64,000 nucleotides of DNA from a bacterium. Lineage in GTDB: Bacteria > Patescibacteriota > UBA1384 > VFKW01. Under the pieces are notes generated by a model, which worked only from the letters and a program-made list of their open reading frames with translations, had not been told where the DNA came from and ran no database searches. The position numbers and the translations under genes were made by a program. Below are positions 18,075-28,344 of the stretch, piece by piece. The stretch is from assembly GCA_030647355.1 (NCBI GenBank), contig JAUSIS010000004.1, positions 68,066-132,065 on the forward strand, in the 5' to 3' direction. Numbering within the stretch: the first letter of the stretch is position 1; every line of letters begins with the position of its first letter.

Positions 18075-19898
18075 ATGACCAAATTAAGACGAGTCTTTAT
18101 CCGATTTTCAATTTTAGCAATAGTAGTGCAATCGGTAATGGTCGGTATATTACTCAGACCTAACGCTGTCCATGCAGCAGAGAGTTTAATAACCAGCTAC
18201 ACGATGACTAATACATATATCTCACCGAACAGTGATGGAATCCAGGACAGTACAGAAATTGACTTATTGTTCTCGCGGAGCGTTAAAGTTACGATGGATA
18301 TTCTTGATTCGACAGACCTGGTGACGGCACATATCTATGATTCCAATGGAGTTAAAGATCCTCAACCAAAGAATTGGTACGGCAGATATAGTAAGGAGGC
18401 AACCGGTCCGATTGTTCCTGACGAACAGTATACAGTACGGATTGTATTAAAGGATATTGTTACAGATGAAATATTGGAAACCGACACGTCGAAGAAAGTA
18501 ATCGTTGATACAGTAGCCCCCACTGCAGTGGTTGATTATTCGGTAACTGATCCAACGAATGATCCGGTTGCGGCAACCATTACGCCCAGTGAGGCATTAC
18601 AAACACCAGTCGAACTCTCATATATATTCACTGAAAATGGTGCCTATACTTTTCTTTTTTCCGACTTAGCCGGTAATCCAGGAAGTGTAATTGCCAATGT
18701 GGCTAATATCAGAATGACCGCTATATTAGCTCTGATCAGCACACCAACCGCTCCAGTAATGGAATTTACGGAAACATTATATTCAGAAGATACGCATCAG
18801 CCATTATCAGATCAATTTAACTCTAGCAATCTGTCAGCAGAGGACTATTTCGAGGCAAATGGTGTAATGATTAATGCTTTTTCCTATGATCCAATAGCTA
18901 AAACGCTCTTATTCTCATTAACACAGCCAGCGGTAGGCGCTACAATCAGTTTCAAAGATGCCCCAGGAAAGGGAGTAACAGATCATGTAGGAAATCGCTA
19001 TGAGCCACAGATAGGTCGGTTTAACGGCACCATGTGGGTATTGAGCGATGGAAGCGATAACACTGCACCAACTGCTTTTATCCAATATTCAACAACCGAG
19101 CCAACAAACCAGGACGTAGTAGCAACTCTTGTTGCCAGTGAACCATTAATACCAAACACTGAATTGACGCATATTTTCTCATCGAATGGTTCATTCACTT
19201 TTATCATTTCAGATTTATCCGGAAATGTCAGTCTGATTGAAGCAGTGGTTAATAACATTGACAAGACACCCCCTGCTCTGCCCGTGATTTCCAGTCTGAA
19301 ACTGGTAGAGGGAAGTGTTGGCCTTAAATTCACTTATTCACTGGATACAGTAAAGGTTCTGATAGAAGTTTCTAAAACTCCCCTGTTTTCAGAAATCGAG
19401 AGAAGTGTAATCCAGCAACCACCAACCGGAGACTATAGTCTCAATGACTTGACCTCGGGCGTCAATTATTATTTCCGTATTACCGCTTATGATACTGCTG
19501 GCAATATATCTTCTTCTCTTAATGGGCAACTGGCAATTCCTGCTGAATTACTAAACGTTGTGGAAGATACTACTGCTCAGGCAACGGTAACCCAGACAAA
19601 TGAAGCATCGTATCGGTTTATACCGCTTGCCGAAGCTGCCGAGCCGGAACCGGAGGTGAAACCATCAACAAAAACCGAAGGAAAAAAAGGTGAGATAAAG
19701 AGTGTGGAAGACAAGAAAGAACCAAAGGGAAGAAAAGGGCGCGATATTCTGTTTATTGTGGCATTGCTAGCTATAGCAGGAGTTGCATACTATGGTTACA
19801 AAAAATTACCGGAATCAGACGAGGTAGTAGAATCTTCTAAAGGACCCTTGGATAAAAAAACCGGAAGGAAAGTAAAATCCTCAAAGAAAAAAGGATAA
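18075..19898 (+). CDS. Secreted surface protein with Ig-like/FN3 domains and C-terminal membrane anchor
   Basis: Signal peptide, ISPNSDG (FlgD-Ig-like), two internal repeats ending SDLxGN, FN3-like YYFRITAYDTAGN, C-terminal TM + Lys tail. Confidence 0.75.
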   Translation: MTKLRRVFIRFSILAIVVQSVMVGILLRPNAVHAAESLITSYTMTNTYISPNSDGIQDSTEIDLLFSRSVKVTMDILDSTDLVTAHIYDSNGVKDPQPKNWYGRYSKEATGPIVPDEQYTVRIVLKDIVTDEILETDTSKKVIVDTVAPTAVVDYSVTDPTNDPVAATITPSEALQTPVELSYIFTENGAYTFLFSDLAGNPGSVIANVANIRMTAILALISTPTAPVMEFTETLYSEDTHQPLSDQFNSSNLSAEDYFEANGVMINAFSYDPIAKTLLFSLTQPAVGATISFKDAPGKGVTDHVGNRYEPQIGRFNGTMWVLSDGSDNTAPTAFIQYSTTEPTNQDVVATLVASEPLIPNTELTHIFSSNGSFTFIISDLSGNVSLIEAVVNNIDKTPPALPVISSLKLVEGSVGLKFTYSLDTVKVLIEVSKTPLFSEIERSVIQQPPTGDYSLNDLTSGVNYYFRITAYDTAGNISSSLNGQLAIPAELLNVVEDTTAQATVTQTNEASYRFIPLAEAAEPEPEVKPSTKTEGKKGEIKSVEDKKEPKGRKGRDILFIVALLAIAGVAYYGYKKLPESDEVVESSKGPLDKKTGRKVKSSKKKG

Positions 19899-19906
19899 AG
19901 TAATCC

Positions 19907-19939
19907 ACAAAAAACCCTTGAGACTCGAGGGTTTTTTGT
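19907..19939 (+). terminator. Rho-independent terminator
   Basis: acaaaaaacccttgag-a-ctcgagggttttttgt. Confidence 0.8.
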
Positions 19940-19983
19940 TAGTGAAATTTAGTGATGTATAATTGTTATAGTTAGGACCTAAT

Positions 19984-20406
19984 ATGCAAGAATCTTCTAG
20001 ATTCCAATTTTTCAGCCAAAAATTCTTTAGTATATTAATGTTGGCTTTTTGTATCTATTTTATCTACTTGATAGGTAATTTAATATGGAAAAATTATCAT
20101 GTTGACCAAAAAATTAATCAGATGGAAAAAGAAGATTTAATTTTGAGATTAGAAAATCAAAGTGTAAATGATTATCTCGAATATTATAAAAGTAAAACTT
20201 ATCAAGAATTGGAGTTAAGACGGCGATTACTTCTGAAGGCGCCGGGGGAGACAGTTGTTCTTTTACCAATCAGGCAAAACTCTGACCGATCAATGAATAT
20301 TTCTCAGCAAAAATCGTTAATCGAATCTAATAAACAAAAAAATATTTTGCCAAATTATTATAAATGGTGGCTTTTGATAACTAAAGGGAGAACTTCGATT
20401 GATTGA
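19984..20406 (+). CDS. Septum formation initiator (FtsB/DivIC) family protein
   Basis: Single TM, coiled coil, RRRLLLKAPGETVV motif. Confidence 0.75.
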   Translation: MQESSRFQFFSQKFFSILMLAFCIYFIYLIGNLIWKNYHVDQKINQMEKEDLILRLENQSVNDYLEYYKSKTYQELELRRRLLLKAPGETVVLLPIRQNSDRSMNISQQKSLIESNKQKNILPNYYKWWLLITKGRTSID

Positions 20407-20414
20407 GAAAATTG

Positions 20415-20488
20415 TGGCTGCGAGTGGATTCGAACCACTGACCTAAGGCTTATGAGTCCTTCGCTCTAACCGACTGAGCTACGCAGCC
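20415..20488 (-). tRNA. tRNA-Met(CAT), elongator type
   Basis: GGCTGCG/CGCAGCC-A, CT CAT AA loop, GGTTCGAATCC. Confidence 0.9.
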
Positions 20489-20497
20489 GTTGCTTAG

Positions 20498-20568
20498 TTG
20501 CGGGGGCAGGAATCGAACCTGCTTCTCATGGTTATGAGCCACGTGGGGTACCATTCCCCCACCCCGCA
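20498..20568 (-). tRNA. tRNA-Met(CAT), initiator-like
   Basis: TGCGGGG/CCCCGCA-A acceptor, CGTGG-CT CAT AA-CCATG, GGTTCGATTCC. Confidence 0.85.
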
Positions 20569-20668
20569 AAGATATAGTACCAGAAATGAACTTATTAGTC
20601 AATCGAGACTGACGTATTAGATATTGCTGGATAACCAGATACGTGGTATAATCCAATTTGGAGGTCAG

Positions 20669-22477
20669 ATGAAAAACATACCTTATATTATTATAATTTT
20701 GATTATCGCTTCGGCGGTTTGGGGATTAGCTGGTTATCAAAAAAATCAGGAAGTTAAAAACGTTCCTATTTCTCAAATTTCTCGAGATGTTAAGAACCAT
20801 CAAGTTAAAGAAATTAATGTAGAGGGCAGTCGTGTAATTGCGACTCTCAAAAATAATAAAAAAGAAGCGGCGTACAAAGAAGAAGGGGCAGAGATCCAGA
20901 TATATGGGATTAATCCTAATGACGTGACTGTCAATGTTAAGAATCCGAACAGCGGAGGGGCATTGATGAGTTTCCTATATTTGGGACTGCCAATTATATT
21001 GTTCGTTGTACTCTTCTATATAATGTTCAGACAAGCTCGGTCGGGAAATACGCAGGCAATGTCCTTTGGTAAAAGTACCGCTCGATTATTCAGCGGTAGT
21101 AAACAGGTTACATTTAATGACATAGCCGGTTTAATTGAGCCCAAACAAGAGCTTCTAGAGATCGTGGAATTCCTGAAGCAACCGGATAAGTTTCATAAGT
21201 TGGGAGCCGAGATTCCTAAGGGGGTATTGCTTTTCGGTCCGGCGGGAGTTGGTAAAACACTACTTGCCAAAGCCGTGGCAGGAGAAGCCGGCGTACCTTT
21301 TTACAGTCTTTCAGCTTCGGAATTTGTAGAGATGTTCGTTGGAGTGGGAGCTTCTCGGGTGCGCGATTTGTTCCAGAAAGCCAAGCGTAATGCTCCTTGT
21401 GTGATCTTTATTGATGAACTTGATGCAATTGGAAGACAGCGAGGTACTGGTCTGGGGGGAAGCCATGACGAGCGCGAACAGACACTTAACCAAATCTTAG
21501 TTGAGATGGATGGGTTTGAAACAGATTCCCGGGTTATAGTTTTGGCCGCTACTAACCGACCGGATGTTTTGGATCCGGCACTGCTTAGACCCGGCCGTTT
21601 CGACCGTAAAGTGGTCCTTGATCTTCCTGATGTTAAAGAGAGGGAGGCGATACTAATAGTTCATGGCCGAAACAAACCTTTAGCTAAAGCTGTAGATCTT
21701 AAGAAAATTGCTCAAGCCACACCCGGATTGTCCGGCGCTGATCTTAAGAATATTATGAACGAAGCGGCTATCTTAGCGGCTCAATCGAATGAGAAAGAAA
21801 TTAGGCAAAGTGATTTGGATAGTTCTATTGAGAAGACAGTGCTGGGGCCTGAGCGTAAATCGCATGTGATGAACCAGGAAGAGAAAAAGATAGCGGCGTA
21901 TCATGAAGCAGGCCATGCGGTTGTGGGACGATTTCTGCCGAATACCGATCCAATCCATAAAGTTTCCGTAGTATCGCGGGGTATGGCGCTTGGCTACACT
22001 TGGAGTTTACCAACCGAGGATAAACGTTTATACTCCAAGAGTAAATTTGAAGATGAAATTGCCCAATTACTGGGCGGACGCGCCAGTGAAGAGACATTTT
22101 TCAAGGAGATAACTACCGGAGCACAAAACGATGTTAAACGAGCTACCAAGATCGCTAGAGAAATGGTGACAATTTACGGTATGAGCGATGTCGGGCCGAT
22201 TTCTTTGGGTGATCGCGATGAATTGGTCTTTCTGGGTCGGGAGCTAGGAGAGCACAAGAATTATTCCGAACAACTCTCGGCTTCAGTTGATAGGGCAATT
22301 ATTAAATTCATGGAAGACGGTGAATTAAAAGCCAAAGATGTGATCAGTAAACACAGAGTCATTTTAGAAAATCTCGCTAAGCATTTGGTCGAGAAAGAGA
22401 CTATTGAGGGCGAGGAGCTGGAGAAAATATTTACTAATGGCGGTAAGGGTAAAACAGCATTGAAACCTACTGGATAA
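20669..22477 (+). CDS. ftsH: ATP-dependent zinc metalloprotease FtsH
   Basis: Two TMs, [26 protein letters not shown]; ATG 20669 after ggagg. Confidence 0.96.
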   Translation: MKNIPYIIIILIIASAVWGLAGYQKNQEVKNVPISQISRDVKNHQVKEINVEGSRVIATLKNNKKEAAYKEEGAEIQIYGINPNDVTVNVKNPNSGGALMSFLYLGLPIILFVVLFYIMFRQARSGNTQAMSFGKSTARLFSGSKQVTFNDIAGLIEPKQELLEIVEFLKQPDKFHKLGAEIPKGVLLFGPAGVGKTLLAKAVAGEAGVPFYSLSASEFVEMFVGVGASRVRDLFQKAKRNAPCVIFIDELDAIGRQRGTGLGGSHDEREQTLNQILVEMDGFETDSRVIVLAATNRPDVLDPALLRPGRFDRKVVLDLPDVKEREAILIVHGRNKPLAKAVDLKKIAQATPGLSGADLKNIMNEAAILAAQSNEKEIRQSDLDSSIEKTVLGPERKSHVMNQEEKKIAAYHEAGHAVVGRFLPNTDPIHKVSVVSRGMALGYTWSLPTEDKRLYSKSKFEDEIAQLLGGRASEETFFKEITTGAQNDVKRATKIAREMVTIYGMSDVGPISLGDRDELVFLGRELGEHKNYSEQLSASVDRAIIKFMEDGELKAKDVISKHRVILENLAKHLVEKETIEGEELEKIFTNGGKGKTALKPTG

Positions 22478-22484
22478 GACAAAT

Positions 22485-22513
22485 AACGGGCAGGGAGCGA
22501 AGCCCGTTTTTTG
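22485..22513 (+). terminator. Rho-independent terminator after ftsH
   Basis: aacgggc...gcccgtt followed by a T-run. Confidence 0.7.
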
Positions 22514-22589
22514 TTGCCTAATAAATGGTATGATGTAAGTAGAAGAGATAGACGAGATATTAGAGACGGGAAAAGTGAAGGGGTAATAA

Positions 22590-23582
22590 ATGAAAAATAA
22601 AAAATATGCCTTTACATTAATTGAAATGTTGATAGTAATCTCCATTATTGGGATTTTGGCAACTTTGGTGCTCATTGGTCTTCGGTCAACCAGAAGTAAA
22701 GCGCGCGATGTTCAGCGTAAAGCCGATGTAACCAGTATAGCAAAATGCCTCGGTACATACGCTTATGAAAACAATAATCAAGGACAGAGAAGTCCTGGTG
22801 AATTGATAACGAGTAACTCGAGAATTGGCAAGCTCTTGATAGATAAGTGCGGTTCAAAACTGCCGGAAAATTTAGGTATGTCTGGAACCGATGGGTATTT
22901 TTATTCCTCTGTCGGAGGAAAAACATATCGGCTTTGCGGGAAACTGTTTCCAGAGAGAACCTATTATTGCGGAAAAGAAAATTTGGAAACAGGGGAAGAT
23001 CTGCACTTCTATAAAGAAATGGCGGATATAAATCCGGCAATACCTACTGACGAAGAGCGCTGGCAGATGGTGCAAGAAGATGCTATTTATATACTTGGGG
23101 TTGCAAAACAGGTTGGCGATATTAGATATGTAAATGATAATGTTGCTAGTGTGGATGGTAGCCCACCTGACTGGTGGCCAGCGGATCAGTTATGGCCATA
23201 TATGCCATTTGTTGATGATACTTATGAATTAAATAGTGATGGTTCGCTAAAAAATGACGGCAAGTTAAAATATGATTGGGATATGTGGTATGCAGGTCCT
23301 CCTTGGACACCGATAATTAGAGTTTCGCTCAGAAGACAGGCGGAGGCCGGAGATGATACGACTATTGCTTACTACGGTTTTATGGGTAACGGCAAAGCCA
23401 TGCCTTACACATGCAATGCGGTAGATTTTAATGACGAATTAAATTCAGGGTACTGCCGCGCATATGGAGACATTACTAAGTTGGATGAATTTTTCTCTAA
23501 GAGTGCTATGCTAGACGAGACTCAATTCCCTCGTATTCCAAAGGATAATACCGGTAGTCAAACGGTTGAGCTTTGGCCATAA
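22590..23582 (+). CDS. Type IV pilin/pseudopilin-like protein with C-terminal extension
   Basis: AFTLIEMLIVISIIGILA prepilin motif, KARDVQRKAD. Confidence 0.85.
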   Translation: MKNKKYAFTLIEMLIVISIIGILATLVLIGLRSTRSKARDVQRKADVTSIAKCLGTYAYENNNQGQRSPGELITSNSRIGKLLIDKCGSKLPENLGMSGTDGYFYSSVGGKTYRLCGKLFPERTYYCGKENLETGEDLHFYKEMADINPAIPTDEERWQMVQEDAIYILGVAKQVGDIRYVNDNVASVDGSPPDWWPADQLWPYMPFVDDTYELNSDGSLKNDGKLKYDWDMWYAGPPWTPIIRVSLRRQAEAGDDTTIAYYGFMGNGKAMPYTCNAVDFNDELNSGYCRAYGDITKLDEFFSKSAMLDETQFPRIPKDNTGSQTVELWP

Positions 23583-23641
23583 TTAGTTAATTCTAAAGCC
23601 CTACTCTTAACAAAAAGCTCTCGATAGTATACCATAGAGTT

Positions 23642-25216
23642 ATGATAAAACTGATCAGGAATCTTTCACAGGGCAGAAATAGTCTTAAAGTGGCTTCGAT
23701 AATATTAATAATTACTTTATTTCTAAGTAATGTCCTCGGCGTTCTGCGTAATTACTTTATTAGCCATAACTTACCTGTTCAGTCTACAGATATATATTAT
23801 GCGGCTTTTCGCATACCCGATCTTGTTTTGAATTTAATGATTTTGGGGGCTGTTTCTTCGGCACTCATGCCGGTTTTTAATGGTTACCTGCAGAAAGATG
23901 ATAAGAAGGGGGCTTGGCATGTAGCTAATTCTATAATTACTTTAGCGCTTATTATTCTCACATCATCTATAGTTATTCTATTTTTTTTGATGCCCTATAT
24001 TATACATTTGATAGTCCCGCATTTCGGTCCAGAGGAAACGCGGCAAACTATTAAGATAGCTCGGATCTTACTGCTCTCACCACTACTTTTTGGAATATCA
24101 TATCTATTTAGCGGAATTCTGAATTCTTTTCAAAGATTTTTTGCTCCGGCAGTTGCTCCCCTAATATACAATGCCTCGATCATTGTCGGGGCGGGAGTGT
24201 TGGCGCCTTTATTTCCACTGGGAGATTCGCGACAAATCATTTTGCTAGCTTCTTCGGTTATTTTTGGGGCATTTTTACATATGCTAATCCAATTGCCTGC
24301 AATGCGCCATGTCGGTTTTCATTTTCATTGGATTGCGGATTATAAAAACAAGGCAGTGCGGCAGATCGGTAAATTGATGATTCCTCGTACAATTGGTTTA
24401 GGTTCCAACCAAATAATGTTTACTGTTTTCACTGCTCTTGCCTCGGCGACCCGGGGACATATCAGTTATTTTTCTTATGCTAATGATATACAAACAATGC
24501 CATCGGTTGTTTTTGGACTATCGTTTGCAACAGCAGTCTTTCCTTCTCTTTCAACTGCTTTCCATCAAGAAGACGATTCCAAATTTACCTATTATCTATC
24601 AAAAACTATGAAGTTGGTAATTGCGCTTTTAATCCCACTATCGGCTCTTTTTATTTTACTTAGAGTGGGAATAGTGCAAGCCCTTTTGGGGTTCAGTCTG
24701 CATGATTCAAAGGTGACAGCTGATACCTTAGCTTTATTTTCAATATCGCTGGTCTTTTCCGGGTTAATACCACTTTTAGCTCGGGCTTTCTTTGCAATGG
24801 AAAATACTGTTACCCCTACCATAATCAGCGTAATTTCAAGCATTAGTTCGATTGTTGTGGCTTATCTCCTCAGATCTCATGGAGCCCCTGGTTTGGCTTT
24901 AGCATTTTCCTTTGGTTCTATTTTGAATGCAAGTTTATTGTATGTTACATTGCGCCGGAAATACAAAGGAATTAATGAAAGGAAGTTGATTCTCTTTACC
25001 TTAAAAGTTGTATTAATGGTGATCATTATGAGTTTGGTAGTTCAAGCATTCAAAGGGGCAACAAGCGATTGGTTTAATGTAAAGGATACCCGATTGGGAA
25101 TGTTCGCTCAAGTGATTATCTGCGGAGGAGTCGGGGCGGTATTGTACATAATGATGGCGCAGATTTTCAAGGTTCAAGAGGTACAAGCTTTATGGAGACG
25201 GGGCGGGAAAAACTAA
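23642..25216 (+). CDS. murJ: Lipid II flippase MurJ (MviN)
   Basis: AAFRIPDLV, ARAFFAMENTVTP, GLALAFS motifs, many TMs. Confidence 0.9.
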   Translation: MIKLIRNLSQGRNSLKVASIILIITLFLSNVLGVLRNYFISHNLPVQSTDIYYAAFRIPDLVLNLMILGAVSSALMPVFNGYLQKDDKKGAWHVANSIITLALIILTSSIVILFFLMPYIIHLIVPHFGPEETRQTIKIARILLLSPLLFGISYLFSGILNSFQRFFAPAVAPLIYNASIIVGAGVLAPLFPLGDSRQIILLASSVIFGAFLHMLIQLPAMRHVGFHFHWIADYKNKAVRQIGKLMIPRTIGLGSNQIMFTVFTALASATRGHISYFSYANDIQTMPSVVFGLSFATAVFPSLSTAFHQEDDSKFTYYLSKTMKLVIALLIPLSALFILLRVGIVQALLGFSLHDSKVTADTLALFSISLVFSGLIPLLARAFFAMENTVTPTIISVISSISSIVVAYLLRSHGAPGLALAFSFGSILNASLLYVTLRRKYKGINERKLILFTLKVVLMVIIMSLVVQAFKGATSDWFNVKDTRLGMFAQVIICGGVGAVLYIMMAQIFKVQEVQALWRRGGKN

Positions 25217-25779
25217 AAGACGAAAAGGGATTCTATGGTTCATTGGATAAAAATAATTCAAGGTCTTCTTGTAGCTGTCAGAGTTTGTTAATCATATTTT
25301 TAGTACTATTTATTCTAACTACCGGGCTTAGTTATTTTGGAATGAAAAAATTAAAGACGGTCAAACCCTCCATTTTTTCTTTGAATATTCTTTCACATAA
25401 AAATGCTGACAGAAGCGAACAAAAAATTAAAATCTATCAGTCCGATTTACAATCAAAGATATCCGGATCGATTGGAAGTCTTATTCCCCTTTCAGATAAA
25501 AAAATTCTTATAAAGCCCAATGGGATTATTCTCGAAGGCACGCCACTGGGCTCAAAAAATAGATTATCTTTCATTGCCGAACCAAAGGTTAAAAACCAAA
25601 AAATTGTTTTAGAAAATGTACGTTTAGTAGATGTAAAACAAAAATCGTTTCTATCACCGTTTCCTTTTATATATACAAATATAGCAAAAGGGGTAGCTTC
25701 AGCTATTAATCAAACTGTAAGATTTAGGGTTTCAGATGTCGAGTTGAAAGAAGAGGAGATGATACTTACTGTTTATTGA
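25192..25779 (+). CDS. Hypothetical single-TM protein
   Basis: ORF with N-terminal TM overlapping the murJ end; start uncertain. Confidence 0.55.
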   Translation: METGREKLKDEKGFYGSLDKNNSRSSCSCQSLLIIFLVLFILTTGLSYFGMKKLKTVKPSIFSLNILSHKNADRSEQKIKIYQSDLQSKISGSIGSLIPLSDKKILIKPNGIILEGTPLGSKNRLSFIAEPKVKNQKIVLENVRLVDVKQKSFLSPFPFIYTNIAKGVASAINQTVRFRVSDVELKEEEMILTVY

Positions 25780-25790
25780 GTAACTTTAAC

Positions 25791-28337
25791 CTACTTAACT
25801 CCTATTGTACTGATAATTAATCCGGCGCTCAAAAGTAAAATCAGACCAATAATGGCACCAATAATAATCTCTTTTGCAGACGAAGCTTTTTGCGCATCTC
25901 CGGCACTAGCTATATATGTATAACCACCATAAATAATCATCAGGATGGCCGAAATAGAGGCAATGACAATCAAGAGATTGTAAATATCTTGCATATATTC
26001 CTTTAGATCGGTTGCGCAGTATTTCAAAGTAAATTTGCCGTTTGTGTCTCTAACTGGCATTGGTACGCCGAGCTGAATCTGTCCACTACTGCAAGTGCTA
26101 CTGCCGACAATTGCGCCGCCGCCTGTTCCGGCAGGGTTAGGGGTAACATTTACAACAACCGATTTACTAGCGGCCGGGTCGGGAGGTGCGCTAACTGCTC
26201 TAGAAATTGAAGCTACATGAAAAGATAAAAGTTTCTTGAGGATAGTATTCCAGCTTAGATTGGGATCATAGTTATCACCACCGCCGCTCGTTCCACTAAG
26301 ACTGGCATCAATGGGAATGTCCTCGATATAAGCATCTACGCGATATTTATACTGCCCTTCGCCTTCTACTTGGTCAGAAAAAGTAGTATCTGTAGTCTGA
26401 CCGATCAAGATGTCATTGCGGTAAACATAATATTTTTTAGCACTACAAATTGCATTCCAAGACAGCTTGACTTGATTGCCTTCAACAGTTACCGCGCTGT
26501 CGAAATCGTTGATGGTTGCACTGGTAGTCTCTTCTTTGGCGGCCTCTATAGCTTCTTGGGCTTTTTTGGCCTTGAGATCAACCATCTGCATAATACAGAT
26601 CATTTTCGAATCAGCTTTCTTCTCTCCTACATTAATTTCGTATTTTGCTTGATCGCTCCATTTCCATTTATTTTGCTTATCTTTAGTAAATGTTTTGACC
26701 TGCACCGTATGTTTGCAGGACTTAGTCAGGGCAGCTTTTGTATCCCAAATATAGTGATAGGTATATTTATCGGCGGGAATTTTTCTCAAGCCGTGGTCAC
26801 TCATTAGGATTTTGGGGACCAGGGTACCATCGCAGTCGGTTATCCATAACATTAATTCATCGTCTTTGTGGTCCGTGAATTCAACATTTATCATCACGGC
26901 ATCACCGCGATCAATTAGAGTCGGGGAAGTTATTCTAGTTTGTCCTTTAATTTTCCCTGGCTCATCTACAAAATCATCAATACTTTCGCTAGTAGATTTT
27001 TCAATTGTTACATCCTGCTGTTTTAAGCTAATAATATCGTTGCTAGCGCAACTATTGCTTGATGGTTGGTTACTTAAGAAGCTGATAATTTTAATCTTAT
27101 AGTCCTTGGTTAGTTCAGTTGTGGGTAGGACATAATCATAGGTCCCTTGGCAATTTCCATTAGTGCATGCGGGATTGAAAACAGCATAAAAGCCATTTTT
27201 TGCTCCGATAGTATCCGGAGAATTAATCAGTTTACAAACATTATTTTGCCTAAGATCAAGCGTCGAATCAGGTGCAGTTAAAGCAATGAACAGACTTTTG
27301 GCTTTCTCATTTTTTACTTGATATTTAATATTAAGTTTTTCTTTTTCTTGGATGAGTTGCGGATAAGTAGCAACGCTCCACGTATCTGGGGAGTTAGGTG
27401 TTTCGCCACTTCCAGAATCGGGTTTTATTCCTTGTTTAACTTTTTCTAATAAAGTCATCGTGACATTATAATAATTTTCATAATTGTTATCATAATAGAG
27501 GCAAAAGGTAAGATTAGTTAAATCGTTGGCTGCTTTTACCGGTTCTACTTTCCTTGAGCGTAACTCACATTTGGCATTATTGGGATCATTGTTCGTCCAA
27601 GCATAGTCTGTTGTCTCTACTAGTCCTAGGGTTGATTCCAGGTATTTACTGCCGCCGCGGAGGATATTAAGCATGATACTATTCTGCGAGGTACCTTTAC
27701 CTTTCAGTTTTAGTATTTCGACTACTTTATCAGCAATATTTCGCATCTCAATATAACTCCAGGTGCCAGTATCTTGTATATCAACTTCACCATGCAGAGC
27801 AATACCCGGAAGACGAAGCGCCAGGTTATCTACAATGCCTTCCTCGAACGGGTAGGCATCAAATTTGAGACCAGTAGCATAAGCGTGAAGTAATTCATGA
27901 GCAACTAATTGATATGATTCTTCCCTGGTAAAAGTAAAATTATCCCATGAATAACCAATCTCGGAACGATCACGATCCCAACAACCAGACGATGCACCCC
28001 CCCCGCCACACATTTCGGTCACTTCTTCGAGAGTCATTATCTTAATTTTGGATATATTTGTTTTGCCGGCAAAATCAGAGATGTCTTTTTTTAATATCCG
28101 GTAAGCTTCTTCGACAATTGATTGCGGATAATTTTTTTGGCAGATGGCAGACTGACTGTCTTCTTGGCAGAAAGCAGATATTTCTCGTTGGGCTCTTCCC
28201 GAGGTGGTAATACTGCTGTAGTTTGCTTTAACCGAACTACTTTTAAGAGTAAGGATGGTAAAAAAAGTGAAAGCCAAGATAAAGGCAACAATAACTGATG
28301 CTATAAGATATTTGTTTTGTATTTTTCTAACCTTCAT
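25791..28337 (-). CDS. Large exported protein: HExxH metallopeptidase-like domain + FN3-like domain + C-terminal TrbC/VirB2-like pilin domain
   Basis: AHELLHA...FEEG; YYVYRN...YKYRVDAY; C-terminal IIYGGYTYIASAGD...AKEIIIGAIIGL. Confidence 0.75.
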   Translation of the reverse strand: MKVRKIQNKYLIASVIVAFILAFTFFTILTLKSSSVKANYSSITTSGRAQREISAFCQEDSQSAICQKNYPQSIVEEAYRILKKDISDFAGKTNISKIKIMTLEEVTEMCGGGGASSGCWDRDRSEIGYSWDNFTFTREESYQLVAHELLHAYATGLKFDAYPFEEGIVDNLALRLPGIALHGEVDIQDTGTWSYIEMRNIADKVVEILKLKGKGTSQNSIMLNILRGGSKYLESTLGLVETTDYAWTNNDPNNAKCELRSRKVEPVKAANDLTNLTFCLYYDNNYENYYNVTMTLLEKVKQGIKPDSGSGETPNSPDTWSVATYPQLIQEKEKLNIKYQVKNEKAKSLFIALTAPDSTLDLRQNNVCKLINSPDTIGAKNGFYAVFNPACTNGNCQGTYDYVLPTTELTKDYKIKIISFLSNQPSSNSCASNDIISLKQQDVTIEKSTSESIDDFVDEPGKIKGQTRITSPTLIDRGDAVMINVEFTDHKDDELMLWITDCDGTLVPKILMSDHGLRKIPADKYTYHYIWDTKAALTKSCKHTVQVKTFTKDKQNKWKWSDQAKYEINVGEKKADSKMICIMQMVDLKAKKAQEAIEAAKEETTSATINDFDSAVTVEGNQVKLSWNAICSAKKYYVYRNDILIGQTTDTTFSDQVEGEGQYKYRVDAYIEDIPIDASLSGTSGGGDNYDPNLSWNTILKKLLSFHVASISRAVSAPPDPAASKSVVVNVTPNPAGTGGGAIVGSSTCSSGQIQLGVPMPVRDTNGKFTLKYCATDLKEYMQDIYNLLIVIASISAILMIIYGGYTYIASAGDAQKASSAKEIIIGAIIGLILLLSAGLIISTIGVK

Positions 28338-28344
28338 ATTCCCT

